A stretch of DNA of 64,000 nt from Candidatus Woesearchaeota archaeon CG1_02_57_44 (lineage in GTDB: Archaea; Nanobdellota; Nanobdellia; Woesearchaeales; CG1-02-57-44). The stretch is taken from assembly GCA_001871415.1 (NCBI GenBank), contig MNWW01000058.1, positions 1 through 64,000 of the forward strand, read 5' to 3'. Below the pieces are notes generated by a model. The model saw only the letters and a list, made by a program, of their open reading frames with translations, made no database searches and was not told the origin of the DNA. A program made the translations under genes and the position numbers. Positions 1 to 8,299 of this stretch are shown here, piece by piece (position 1 is the first letter of the stretch; every line of letters begins with the position of its first letter).

Positions 1-440
1 CCATAGTCACCGAACCAGAAGACCCCCAAGGGCACATTGACAAAGAGGACCATGCGCAGCGGCAGCACGGTGGTCAGCCAGGACAGGACCACAAAGACAG
101 GAACCTGCCATCGCATGAACCGCCGGACCCTCCTGCCGATCCAGTACCCCATGCTCGCCGCGAACGCGCCGATAAAGATGCCGATGACCGCGGGGTGCAC
201 GCCAAGCGCGACAGCGCCGCCCGCGGCAGCGGCCGCTCCCAGAGTGCACAGGGGGCAATGCGCCGCGGCGCGTGGCAGGGCGAGCAGGGACAGCAGCGAC
301 GCGAGCATGCCTGTGCCGACCATCGATGCGAGACCTCCGCGCGTCTTGCGCGCAGAGGTGGCGCGCGACGGCATCAGTGACGACGAGAGCTCGCGCGGTC
401 GCGCGCGGTCAGTGCATGTGTGCGGTGAGTGTCTGTCCAT
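1..440 (-). CDS. Membrane protein with signal-like segment followed by HCPLC motif (runs off window end)
   Basis: Not in the ORF track. Manual translation from ATG 440: ...SLLSLLALPRAAAHCPLCTLGAAAAAGGAVALGVHPAVIGIFIGAFAASMGYWIG...; open to position 1; starts 6 nt after the DUF411 stop. Confidence 0.75.
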   Translation of the reverse strand, partial: MDRHSPHTCTDRARPRELSSSLMPSRATSARKTRGGLASMVGTGMLASLLSLLALPRAAAHCPLCTLGAAAAAGGAVALGVHPAVIGIFIGAFAASMGYWIGRRVRRFMRWQVPVFVVLSWLTTVLPLRMVLFVNVPLGVFWFGDY

Positions 441-446
441 GCTGCA

Positions 447-899
447 TCATATCGTCATGAAGGTGCTCACGCGGCCATCCTTGCCCACGGCGCTTATTGC
501 CCATGGCCCGGTCTTGGGCCCTGGCATGCCGGGCGTGCCTGACGGCATGGCGGCAAGCCCGATGCCAGCTATATCGGGCTGCTCCTGCATCAGCTTGCTG
601 ATCGCTTCCACCGGGACGTGCCCTTCGACAAAATAATCGCCGACCCTGGTCGTATGGCAGCTATACAGCGTTGTGGGGACACCGTACTGCTGCTTATAGA
701 CATTCACGTCCGGCACATCGATGACATTCACTTTCCATCCCTTGCTCATCAGGTATGAACCATACGATCCACAGCATCCGCAGCTCGCGGACTTGTAGAT
801 GGTGAGCTCGCCAGCGGCAGCGACTGGCTCGGGCTTGAGCACGAGTGCCCCGACACTGGCGATGATCACGACAAGCAGTATCCAGACTATTGGTTTCAT
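447..899 (-). CDS. DUF411-family exported metal-binding protein (CopG-like)
   Basis: Signal peptide, YKSASCGCC, SCHT, VEGHVP, MPSGTPGM motifs. Confidence 0.9.
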   Translation of the reverse strand: MKPIVWILLVVIIASVGALVLKPEPVAAAGELTIYKSASCGCCGSYGSYLMSKGWKVNVIDVPDVNVYKQQYGVPTTLYSCHTTRVGDYFVEGHVPVEAISKLMQEQPDIAGIGLAAMPSGTPGMPGPKTGPWAISAVGKDGRVSTFMTI

Positions 900-1933
900 T
901 GTCTCACCTCTTGATTCTCGCGCCTCAGCGCGATGATGATGGATGCGACTAGGGCGACGAGCAGCAGCGCGCCTATCCCATGCAGAAACGTATCGTTCGC
1001 GAGCATCCAGCGTTGGATCCCGTAAAACTGGTCCTTGAGGCCGAACATGTTGAATCCGTTGGCCTTCCAGGTGCCTCCATAGAAGACGAAGACCAGCCCG
1101 ATCAGGATATAGATGGCGCCGGAGACCACGCTGAGCAGGGCGACGTCGCGGCCGCGCAGGCGCACTTGCCTTCGCACCCAGGATGCCCTGCTTACCCGTC
1201 CACGAAAGAGGATGGCCAGCAGGAACAGGGGGACGAATATCCCCATGCTATAGGACATCATCAGCAGCGCCGCCTTCCCGTAGTGGCCTATGACCGCCGC
1301 CATCAGCAGCACGCTGGAGAGCACCGGCCCGATGCACGCGGTCCAGCCGAGCGCGAACAGGGCGCCTGTCCCGAGCATGCCCCCTGCGCTCTGCCTTGCG
1401 CGGCCGGGGTCGCGGGAGGCAAAGGGGCTGGCAAAGCCGTGTCCTGACAAGGTCAATGAGCCAAGCGCGATGAACACGAGTCCTGCGAGCGGAACGAGCC
1501 ACCCTGCGCCGGAGAAGAGAGTCACCAGTGTGCGGCCAAGCGCGGCTGCTATCAATCCCATGCTGACAAATGTCCCTGCGAAGCCAAGGAAGAAGAAGAG
1601 TGTTGCCCGCACCAGGCGATGAGGGTCCTGAAACGTGCTGGCCAGATACGCGGGCAGGATTGGCAGGATGCAGGGCGAGAAGATGCTGGTCAGGCCTGCA
1701 AGGAACGCGATGAACAGGGACACGGTGGCGAGCGTCTGCACAGCCAGCTGCTGGTTGTAGTCCGTGATGGCCGCCAGCCCCGGGGGGAGCTCCGCCAGAG
1801 CCGGCAGCGCCAGCAGGAAGAACGCGCAGAGCATCGCCATGGCGCGAAGCGCTTGCGCACATCGTCGATACCCTGACGGGCATCGATCCGCCGCCCAGGA
1901 GCGCACTGCTGTGGCCTGTCGCTGGCGTCTCAC
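896..1933 (-). CDS. ccdA: CcdA/DsbD-type transmembrane electron transporter
   Basis: FSPCILPILP and GWTACIGPVL catalytic Cys motifs, multiple TM helices; start GTG 1933 (overlaps upstream stop, GGAGG before it) or ATG 1840. Confidence 0.88.
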   Translation of the reverse strand: MRRQRQATAVRSWAADRCPSGYRRCAQALRAMAMLCAFFLLALPALAELPPGLAAITDYNQQLAVQTLATVSLFIAFLAGLTSIFSPCILPILPAYLASTFQDPHRLVRATLFFFLGFAGTFVSMGLIAAALGRTLVTLFSGAGWLVPLAGLVFIALGSLTLSGHGFASPFASRDPGRARQSAGGMLGTGALFALGWTACIGPVLSSVLLMAAVIGHYGKAALLMMSYSMGIFVPLFLLAILFRGRVSRASWVRRQVRLRGRDVALLSVVSGAIYILIGLVFVFYGGTWKANGFNMFGLKDQFYGIQRWMLANDTFLHGIGALLLVALVASIIIALRRENQEVRQ

Positions 1934-3018
1934 GTCGCCGCCTCCGTGACGATGCTGCGCGTCCCGTTGGCAAGGTAGGTCGTGCCGACGCCCAGCCCGC
2001 TCATGTCCCGGAAGATGAACGATCCATCCGGCTCCTGCGTCCCGACCTGCTGCCAAACGGTAATCAGATTGGCATACATACCCATCTCGCTGCTCAAGAT
2101 CACCGTCGGCACATTGGTGATGCCATAGCGGGCGAGCATCGCCTTGCCTTCATCGCTCTGCGCGGAGAGCGACTGCTCCGTGCCGAAGCCAACGCCGAAA
2201 CGCGAGAGGATCCCCTTATGCACGCTCACATCGTAGCAGTCGGCGCAGGCAGGCGCGGTGATGAAGGTGATGTTGACGAGCCCTTGCACCTCGCCCGTCG
2301 TTGGATCCTCGAAGGGAGCGTCAGGCGTGAACAGGTACGATCCGTCCTGACGGGCCTGCGACGCAAGGTTCGGCGCGATGTCAGGATAGGCCGAAAGCGA
2401 TGCGTCGATGAGCAGCGCCGGCAACTTTGTCACATTCCATTGCCCTGCGGCAATGCCCGCGCGCGCGTCGGGGGCTGCGACATGCTGGATGTCAAGCGCC
2501 ACGCCGCTGCCGCGGAGCGCGTCCAGCGCGGATGAATAATTGAAGCATTGCACGCACGATGATTCCAGGACGACGGCGCGAACGACGCCCACGGTGGTGA
2601 GTGCATTCGCGTCCACAAAGGGTATCGCCTTAGTCTGCACCACAGGATCCTGGAGCTTGGCCTTCTCCAGTTCACCGACCATGACCATCGCCGGCAGGCG
2701 CGTGATGCCGTGCTGATCGATGAGCGCTCTGGCCTGCGCTATCGACTCCGCTGTCGATCCGGGACCGGACATCAGCAGCGTGGTTTCCTGGGTCACGTTC
2801 GCCTGCTGCTTGATGCGCGCGACATCTGGCAGAGTCGGGCAGTCCGCGCAGCCAGGGTCGATGAGTGTCAGCTGCAGCTGCGCGGGCCGGGAGCGCTCCT
2901 GTGTTGCGACGATAGCATCATCGACGGTGCGGGACATCGATATGCTGACCGTGGCATCATACACGATGAGCGCGAGCAGTAGCGCAGCCATCAGTGGCAA
3001 GATCCTCATGTGATTCAT
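1930..3018 (-). CDS. Membrane-anchored exported protein with three CxxC thioredoxin-like modules
   Basis: N-terminal TM; CADC, CVQC, CADC each followed later by a cis-Pro-like motif (GITRLP, NVTKLP, GITNVP). Confidence 0.7.
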   Translation of the reverse strand: MNHMRILPLMAALLLALIVYDATVSISMSRTVDDAIVATQERSRPAQLQLTLIDPGCADCPTLPDVARIKQQANVTQETTLLMSGPGSTAESIAQARALIDQHGITRLPAMVMVGELEKAKLQDPVVQTKAIPFVDANALTTVGVVRAVVLESSCVQCFNYSSALDALRGSGVALDIQHVAAPDARAGIAAGQWNVTKLPALLIDASLSAYPDIAPNLASQARQDGSYLFTPDAPFEDPTTGEVQGLVNITFITAPACADCYDVSVHKGILSRFGVGFGTEQSLSAQSDEGKAMLARYGITNVPTVILSSEMGMYANLITVWQQVGTQEPDGSFIFRDMSGLGVGTTYLANGTRSIVTEAAT

Positions 3019-3100
3019 CCTCCTTGTCGACCAGTACTATCTCCTGAACGGCACCATCGTTGAGCACCGGGTCTCTTCCTATGTCGTCACCCAGCTTCCC

Positions 3101-3478
3101 TCAGCAACCACCGACCATCTGCGGCAGGTTCTGGATGTTCTGCTGCAAGGTGCCGCCAGCAGCGCCGCCGGACGCGGCTCCGCCTGAGGGCGCCGACGAC
3201 CCCGAGAGCGGGTTCACTGATGCAGTTGCTCCATTGAGTGAGGCGCCCTGCAGCTTGGCTTTCACGCCAGCGAGCGTGAATGCCTGCACGGTCGCCATGA
3301 CCAGCAGCAGGCCCAGTATGACCCCGAGCACGATGCCGCGGGTGTTCCTTGGCGCTGGCGTCTGGGGCGGAAGGTGGTGGTATGCGGGTGGTGCAGGATG
3401 TGCTCCTGCTGCTTGCCCTGTCCCCCGCGTATGCGAGGCCGTATGCTCTTCGTGATGTGCGTCTTTGGTCTGTGCCAT
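3101..3478 (-). CDS. Single-TM protein with His-rich N-terminus, Gly/Ser/Ala linker and C-terminal LPQMVGGC
   Basis: ATG 3478 preceded by GAGGGA; TM GIVLGVILGLLLVMATVQA. Confidence 0.75.
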   Translation of the reverse strand: MAQTKDAHHEEHTASHTRGTGQAAGAHPAPPAYHHLPPQTPAPRNTRGIVLGVILGLLLVMATVQAFTLAGVKAKLQGASLNGATASVNPLSGSSAPSGGAASGGAAGGTLQQNIQNLPQMVGGC

Positions 3479-3505
3479 GCTGTATCCCTCGTCCCGAACT
3501 CTCAT

Positions 3506-3647
3506 TATATCTCACTATGCTGTGCCTGTACGGTGCTGTTCCTGCACGCCGCGCGTGTCATACAGATACCCGCCCTGCCGCGTCGCAATATATCTCACTA
3601 TGGTGTGCCTGTATGGTGCTGTTCCTGCACGATGCTGTGCTTGTACG
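3506..3647. repeat. Two 43-bp direct repeats (3506-3548, 3589-3631; 2 mismatches) 40 bp apart, plus a partial third copy
   Basis: TATATCTCACTATGSTGTGCCTGTAYGGTGCTGTTCCTGCACG read directly. Confidence 0.9.
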
Positions 3648-3711
3648 ACCTTCACGCCGTACAGCGCAGGTATCATTGTCCATCTTCCTTTATCCTCTGT
3701 CTCCCTTTTCT

Positions 3712-4413
3712 CTAGCACCCTCCGACCATGCCGGGCAAGGCCTTGATACTGGAAGGATCTGTGCCAGCTACCTGCATGCCAAGCCCCACCATGTCGCGTG
3801 GGAAGAACAAGGTCTTCCAGCGCATGACCTCGCGCACCACCTGCGCGTCCGAGTAGTCGGTGTTGTGCAGCAGCGAGAGCGTCACCGCGAGCAGCGCGGG
3901 GTTGTGCTGGCAGCCGCAGAGGCTCTCGCCATTGCTCGCAGCGGCGATGGGGCCCACGCCGCAGCAGTACTCGCAGGAGAGCCCATGCGGCTTTGCCGCG
4001 AGCTCAAGGTAGCGGTTCCATGCGTCAGGGTCGGTGCGCTTGACCTCGTCCTTGATGGTGGGGAACCACTGGGAAAGATACGTGAGGCTGTTGATGGGAT
4101 CGTCAAAATTCGCCCCGCCGATGTACTGGGTGTATTCAGGCGTTCCTGTAGGGAACAGCACGGTCATGACAGCCTGCTCGTCTGTTGCGCCCTGTAATTC
4201 AGGGAAGACTGCCGCGAGGTTCTGCGCTGTTCCCTGCAGGCCATCGAGGTCGATGCCTCCGAGTTCCCTGGCAGTGCCGGAGAGCGAGGCCCTCGTCGAT
4301 GGTCTCGTCAACTGGTCCGCGGCCGCGGACAAGGCGTTGACCTGCACCTGATTGAACAGGACCAAGACCGCGACCAGCGCGATCGCGATGTACACAGCTG
4401 GATGTTCTTCCAT
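3712..4413 (-). CDS. Exported Cys-rich protein (CEYCC, CGCQH) with C-terminal LPGMVGGC
   Basis: N-terminal TM/signal; motifs read from translation. Confidence 0.8.
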   Translation of the reverse strand: MEEHPAVYIAIALVAVLVLFNQVQVNALSAAADQLTRPSTRASLSGTARELGGIDLDGLQGTAQNLAAVFPELQGATDEQAVMTVLFPTGTPEYTQYIGGANFDDPINSLTYLSQWFPTIKDEVKRTDPDAWNRYLELAAKPHGLSCEYCCGVGPIAAASNGESLCGCQHNPALLAVTLSLLHNTDYSDAQVVREVMRWKTLFFPRDMVGLGMQVAGTDPSSIKALPGMVGGC

Positions 4414-4438
4414 GGTATCACGTCGTTGTGTTGTCTGT

Positions 4439-4573
4439 CTATGGATGGTATGGATGGTGATGATGATGATCGCGGCCTTGGATACGCATCGCGATGGTCG
4501 GTGCCCTGCAGGCCCCCATCAGCCGATATGGGCCCGTTGCTGTCGGTCGCACCTGCTCATCTTCGCTGATCAT
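4439..4573 (-). CDS. Putative 44-aa His-tailed leader peptide
   Basis: MISEDEQVRPTATGPYRLMGACRAPTIAMRIQGRDHHHHHPYHP*, between the operator/promoter and the first operon gene; below the ORF-track cutoff. Confidence 0.4.
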   Translation of the reverse strand: MISEDEQVRPTATGPYRLMGACRAPTIAMRIQGRDHHHHHPYHP

Positions 4574-4590
4574 TGCACGCTTTTCTAAGC

Positions 4591-4607
4591 TTTACATACC
4601 GTGTAAA
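4591..4607. promoter_or_regulatory. Palindromic operator TTTACA-N5-TGTAAA, candidate site for the adjacent BlaI/CopY repressor
   Basis: Inverted repeat in the AT-rich divergent promoter; TACA/TGTA half-sites are typical of BlaI/MecI/CopY. Confidence 0.65.
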
Positions 4608-4645
4608 AGTAAAAGTTAATAAAGGTTTCTGTGCTTCTATGTCCC

Positions 4646-5053
4646 ATGCGCAGCATGTCCCTGTCCAGCAAGGTCAGCCAGCCCGTGCTCAGCGACGTTG
4701 AGGCGAGCATACTGGACGTGCTCTGGGACAAGGGCGAAGCCCGGGTACGCGAGATCCATGACATTGTGAGCAAGAAGCACCAGGTCGCCCATACAACTAT
4801 AGCAGTCCTGCTGGATAGGATGCATACGAAACAACTGGTCACAAGGAAAGTAGAATCCTGTAAGGGCGGCTTTCGCTACATCTACCGCCCTGTGGAATCA
4901 AAGGACGAGTTCAAGAGGAGTGCGATGCAGCACGCTGTGGACAAGCTCATAGACACCTTCGGTGCCAGCGCGACGAGCTACTTCAATGAGCGCTTCGGCA
5001 CATCAGCCAAGGCATCAAAGACACGCGACAGCGCGGCTGAGGGAGGCAGATAA
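4646..5053 (+). CDS. BlaI/MecI/CopY-family transcriptional repressor
   Basis: LSDVEASILDVLW..GEARVREIH..VAHTTIAVLLDRMHTKQLVTR..YIYRP. Confidence 0.92.
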   Translation: MRSMSLSSKVSQPVLSDVEASILDVLWDKGEARVREIHDIVSKKHQVAHTTIAVLLDRMHTKQLVTRKVESCKGGFRYIYRPVESKDEFKRSAMQHAVDKLIDTFGASATSYFNERFGTSAKASKTRDSAAEGGR

Positions 5054-5054
5054 G

Positions 5055-5816
5055 ATGTGCCTCACATGCTTTCGCTCATTCATGGCGATCCCCTATAATT
5101 TCTGGCTCACCACCGGGAGCCTCACCGCCGCTGCCGTGATGATACTTCTCTTCTACACCTATCGGGACACGATGAGCAACAGGGTCAAGATAGCGCTCAT
5201 CTACGGGAGCATCGTGCTGACGGTGTTTCCCATATTCCACTATGTGTACGCCAAGACCTGCGGGTCGGTCATGATCTCCTGCGGCAAATGGCACGCGCTG
5301 CTCTACTCGCTGATGGGCAGTCTCGGCATCGCTCTGGTCGCGCTGCTATTGCTCACGCCCCTCCTGGTGAGATGGCGCAAGCAGCGCGTCCAGCCCGGGA
5401 CTGACCTTGACGCCCGCGTGCGTATGCTGGCCACCGCGGTCGGCGTGAAGGTGCCGAGGGTCTATGTCAAGGACAGCGCCCAGCCCGTAGCGTACACGGT
5501 CAGCCACATCTCGCCATTGATCATCATCAGCGTCGGCATGCTGGAGCTGCTCGACCAGGACGAGCTTGACGCCGTGCTGCTCCATGAGCTCGGTCACATA
5601 CGCCAACGCACCGGCCTCCTGAAGACCGCGCGAAGCATGCTGCGCCTGATGCTGCCAATCGCAGGGTTCAATGCGTTCGGCAAGGAGCTTGATGAGGAAG
5701 AATCGCGGGCGGATATGGTCGCGGCGCATGTGCAAGGAACCACCGAGCACCTGCTCTCGGCCAAGGAGCGCCTGTCCTTGTTCGCGGATGAGCAGGCGAT
5801 GCCATCTTCGCTATGA
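5055..5816 (+). CDS. M56/M48 (BlaR1/HtpX-like) membrane zinc metallopeptidase
   Basis: 3 TM helices, ELDAVLLHELGH zincin motif, EEESRAD; starts 1 nt after the repressor. Confidence 0.88.
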   Translation: MCLTCFRSFMAIPYNFWLTTGSLTAAAVMILLFYTYRDTMSNRVKIALIYGSIVLTVFPIFHYVYAKTCGSVMISCGKWHALLYSLMGSLGIALVALLLLTPLLVRWRKQRVQPGTDLDARVRMLATAVGVKVPRVYVKDSAQPVAYTVSHISPLIIISVGMLELLDQDELDAVLLHELGHIRQRTGLLKTARSMLRLMLPIAGFNAFGKELDEEESRADMVAAHVQGTTEHLLSAKERLSLFADEQAMPSSL

Positions 5817-5881
5817 GGTGTTGATGCCATCCTCGCTATGAGGTGTTGATGCCATCCTCGCTATGAAGTGTCGATGCCATC
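5798..5881. repeat. 25-bp tandem repeat x3.4 spanning the peptidase stop codon
   Basis: GATGCCATCCTCGCTATGAGGTGTT units. Confidence 0.92.
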
Positions 5882-6065
5882 ACTGCTCTGACCTATCCCT
5901 GATGCGCTCGTGCAGATGTATGCATGTGCAGAGAGAGCGCCCGTCCCTTAGCAGCATCCATCACTACGCATCGCTGATTCTTGCGTGAGCCATCTGCGCA
6001 TGCAGACCAATGTGATTGGGTCTCTGTTGTAGGACCTAGGAAAAAGAAACACTGAAAAGAAAAAC

Positions 6066-6149
6066 TGCGGGAGACAGGGTTCGAACCTGCGTATGCGCTA
6101 AGCAAATAGGCCCTGAACCTATCCCGTTTGACCACTCCGGCACTCCCGC
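6066..6149 (-). tRNA. tRNA-Leu(CAG)
   Basis: GCGGGAG acceptor, ATAGG-TTCAGGG-CCTAT anticodon arm, long variable arm, GGTTCGAACC. Confidence 0.95.
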
Positions 6150-6246
6150 GCAAAGAAGCAAAAAAGCCCGTCAGAATATAAAGGTAACGGTGCTGTATCC
6201 CTCTGTGCTATCCCTCAACGCAGGGACATTCGCCACGTCCAGTCAC

Positions 6247-8166
6247 TTATGCCTTTTTCCCATGATCATGCCCGTCAAAGAATGCTTTTATCGCCCGGCC
6301 AGGATGCAGGCTGGCGTCCATGCGCCAATCTGTAGGAAAGCAGGATTTGTACGCGCTCCATGAATAGCGCTCATCCAGGAACACGACGACGCCCTTGTCA
6401 TGCTCACGTCGGATGCATCTGCCGGCAGACTGTATCACTTTTGTCAGCGCAGGAAATGTATACCCATAGTCGAATCCCCTGCCATAGCGCTTGTCATAGT
6501 ACGCGATGAGCTGCTGCGTCTCCAGGTCCGGCTTCTGCAAGGGCAAGCCGACGACGATGACACCAGAGAGCACGCCCGGCAGGTCCAGGCCCTCAGAGAA
6601 GCTACCGGCCGCGACGCCCAGCAGCACCCCGTGCTTGGACCCCACAAGCTTGGCCAACAACGCATCTTTGTCCTCTTTCTCCATGCCCGCCTGCTCGCGC
6701 AGCAACGGCCGATGCTGGAGATGCACCGCGACCGCGTCCCGCAATGCGTATGATGGGAAGAACACCGCACAGTTGCCCGGAAGCGCCGCGACAACAGCGT
6801 CTATCTCTTTTGCGATGTCGGCGTACTGCCCCACGGACCGCTTCGCGAACCGCGTCGTGGTCTTGGGCACTATCAGCAGCAATCGGTTCTCATGGGGGAA
6901 CGGGCTGGGGAACGCGAGGCATGGTGTATCCTTGGGCAGTCCCAGCAGGTCGCGGTACATCTCGGTCGGCGTCAGCGTGCCGCTCATGACAATGGCGCCC
7001 TTGCATCCCTGCAGCACCTCGCCAGAGAACAGCGATGGATCAAGGCACCGATACAGCAGCGACTGCTTGCCCTGCTCTGTGCGCGCGATGCGGATGAACC
7101 CTGTCTCCGCGCCGTCCTGACCAGGTACCACTCTGCTGCCGTCAGCACCGAGCCACTTGTCCAGGAACTCGACAATGCCGTGCACGCTGCTGCGCTGCTG
7201 ACGCAGCCTGATGTCCTCTGCTGCGATGATCAATTCCTCGACCGCGTCCTCATCCAGCCAGACCTCATCACGTTGCACCAGGCGCTCTCCATCGCGCGGC
7301 TGCAGCGCGAGGAACTGGCGCTCGAGCTCGCGCAGCGCCTTGGCCGCGTCCCTCTTCCTGTGCGTCCTGCACTCCTTGATGGCGCGGGAGAGCATATAGG
7401 CGGTCAGACGCGCCGACGCCATCTCGCGAAGGCGTGATGGAAGATTGTGCGCTTCATCAACAATCACCACCGCGTCCTTGAGCGCGATGTTGCTGCGGGC
7501 AAGGAAGCTCTCGCGTATGCGCGGCTGGAACAGGTAGTTGTAGTCCGCGACAATGACCCGCGCTTTCTTGGCCAGCTCCATGGCAGTCTCATACGGGCAG
7601 ACACCGTGCCGTGCTGAACTTGTGGTCACCTGCGCGAACGACGAGGGGACGACCGACAGCTCGCCGACAGCTACCGTGCCGTCATGCCCGCGGGACGCCT
7701 TGTAGTACTTGCATCTGCCGGATTCGCGCATATTCTTGCAGTATTCAGGGAACTCAGAAGGGGGCATATTCGCGGCAGCGTCCTGCAGGCAGAAATGGCG
7801 CTTGCCGATGATGTCCGCCGCTGGCAATACAACACCATGGCGCTCCTGGATGAGTTGCAAGGTCTTGATGGCGATGGCATGCTGCGTGTGCCTGCTCGTC
7901 AGGAAGATGACCTTACCGGTCACGGGTAATGAGGGGGCAAGAGACGCCGCGGTCTTTCCCAGGCCCGTAGGGGCATTCGCGACAATGCTCCGGCCAGAGG
8001 CCAGCGCTCCTGCTATGGCATTGATGAGCGACTGCTGCGGCTTGCGCGGCTGCGCGAAGGGAAAGAGCATGGTAGGCTTGTGCACCTGATTCGGCTTGCC
8101 GGTATCGCCGCGGGTTGCAGCCGTTTCAGCAGCACCTTTCATCGTGACAGTCCCCTCGCGTTTCAT
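6247..8166 (-). CDS. xpd: XPD/Rad3-family Fe-S DNA helicase
   Basis: APTGLGKT, Fe-S Cys, DEAH, SGT, QSAGRCIR; TATA-like element about 25 nt before ATG 8166. Confidence 0.9.
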   Translation of the reverse strand: MKREGTVTMKGAAETAATRGDTGKPNQVHKPTMLFPFAQPRKPQQSLINAIAGALASGRSIVANAPTGLGKTAASLAPSLPVTGKVIFLTSRHTQHAIAIKTLQLIQERHGVVLPAADIIGKRHFCLQDAAANMPPSEFPEYCKNMRESGRCKYYKASRGHDGTVAVGELSVVPSSFAQVTTSSARHGVCPYETAMELAKKARVIVADYNYLFQPRIRESFLARSNIALKDAVVIVDEAHNLPSRLREMASARLTAYMLSRAIKECRTHRKRDAAKALRELERQFLALQPRDGERLVQRDEVWLDEDAVEELIIAAEDIRLRQQRSSVHGIVEFLDKWLGADGSRVVPGQDGAETGFIRIARTEQGKQSLLYRCLDPSLFSGEVLQGCKGAIVMSGTLTPTEMYRDLLGLPKDTPCLAFPSPFPHENRLLLIVPKTTTRFAKRSVGQYADIAKEIDAVVAALPGNCAVFFPSYALRDAVAVHLQHRPLLREQAGMEKEDKDALLAKLVGSKHGVLLGVAAGSFSEGLDLPGVLSGVIVVGLPLQKPDLETQQLIAYYDKRYGRGFDYGYTFPALTKVIQSAGRCIRREHDKGVVVFLDERYSWSAYKSCFPTDWRMDASLHPGRAIKAFFDGHDHGKKA

Positions 8167-8299
8167 GGTGCATGCGTTGCCAGCAGCTGCAATAAAAGGT
8201 TTTGTGTCAGGAATCCGGAAAAGTCGCATACTTTGCGCTCAAGCCGCGTGGAAAGAACTCTGGCGCGAAATGCCAGCAGACATCTCGCTCGTATGGTCC

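Noticed and set aside
3098..3109. GGT-TGC-TGA-GGG could read Gly-Cys-Sec-Gly, as in thioredoxin reductase
   Set aside because: The neighbouring protein ends in the same MVGGC with a TAG stop, so the Cys is terminal; no SECIS or Sec machinery seen
3506..3631. Repeat-spacer-repeat as a mini CRISPR array
   Set aside because: Only two copies, no palindrome or GAAA(C/G) end, third partial copy abuts without a spacer, no adjacent cas genes
4646..5816. Beta-lactam resistance locus
   Set aside because: No beta-lactamase, PBP or penicillin-binding sensor domain; host is archaeal
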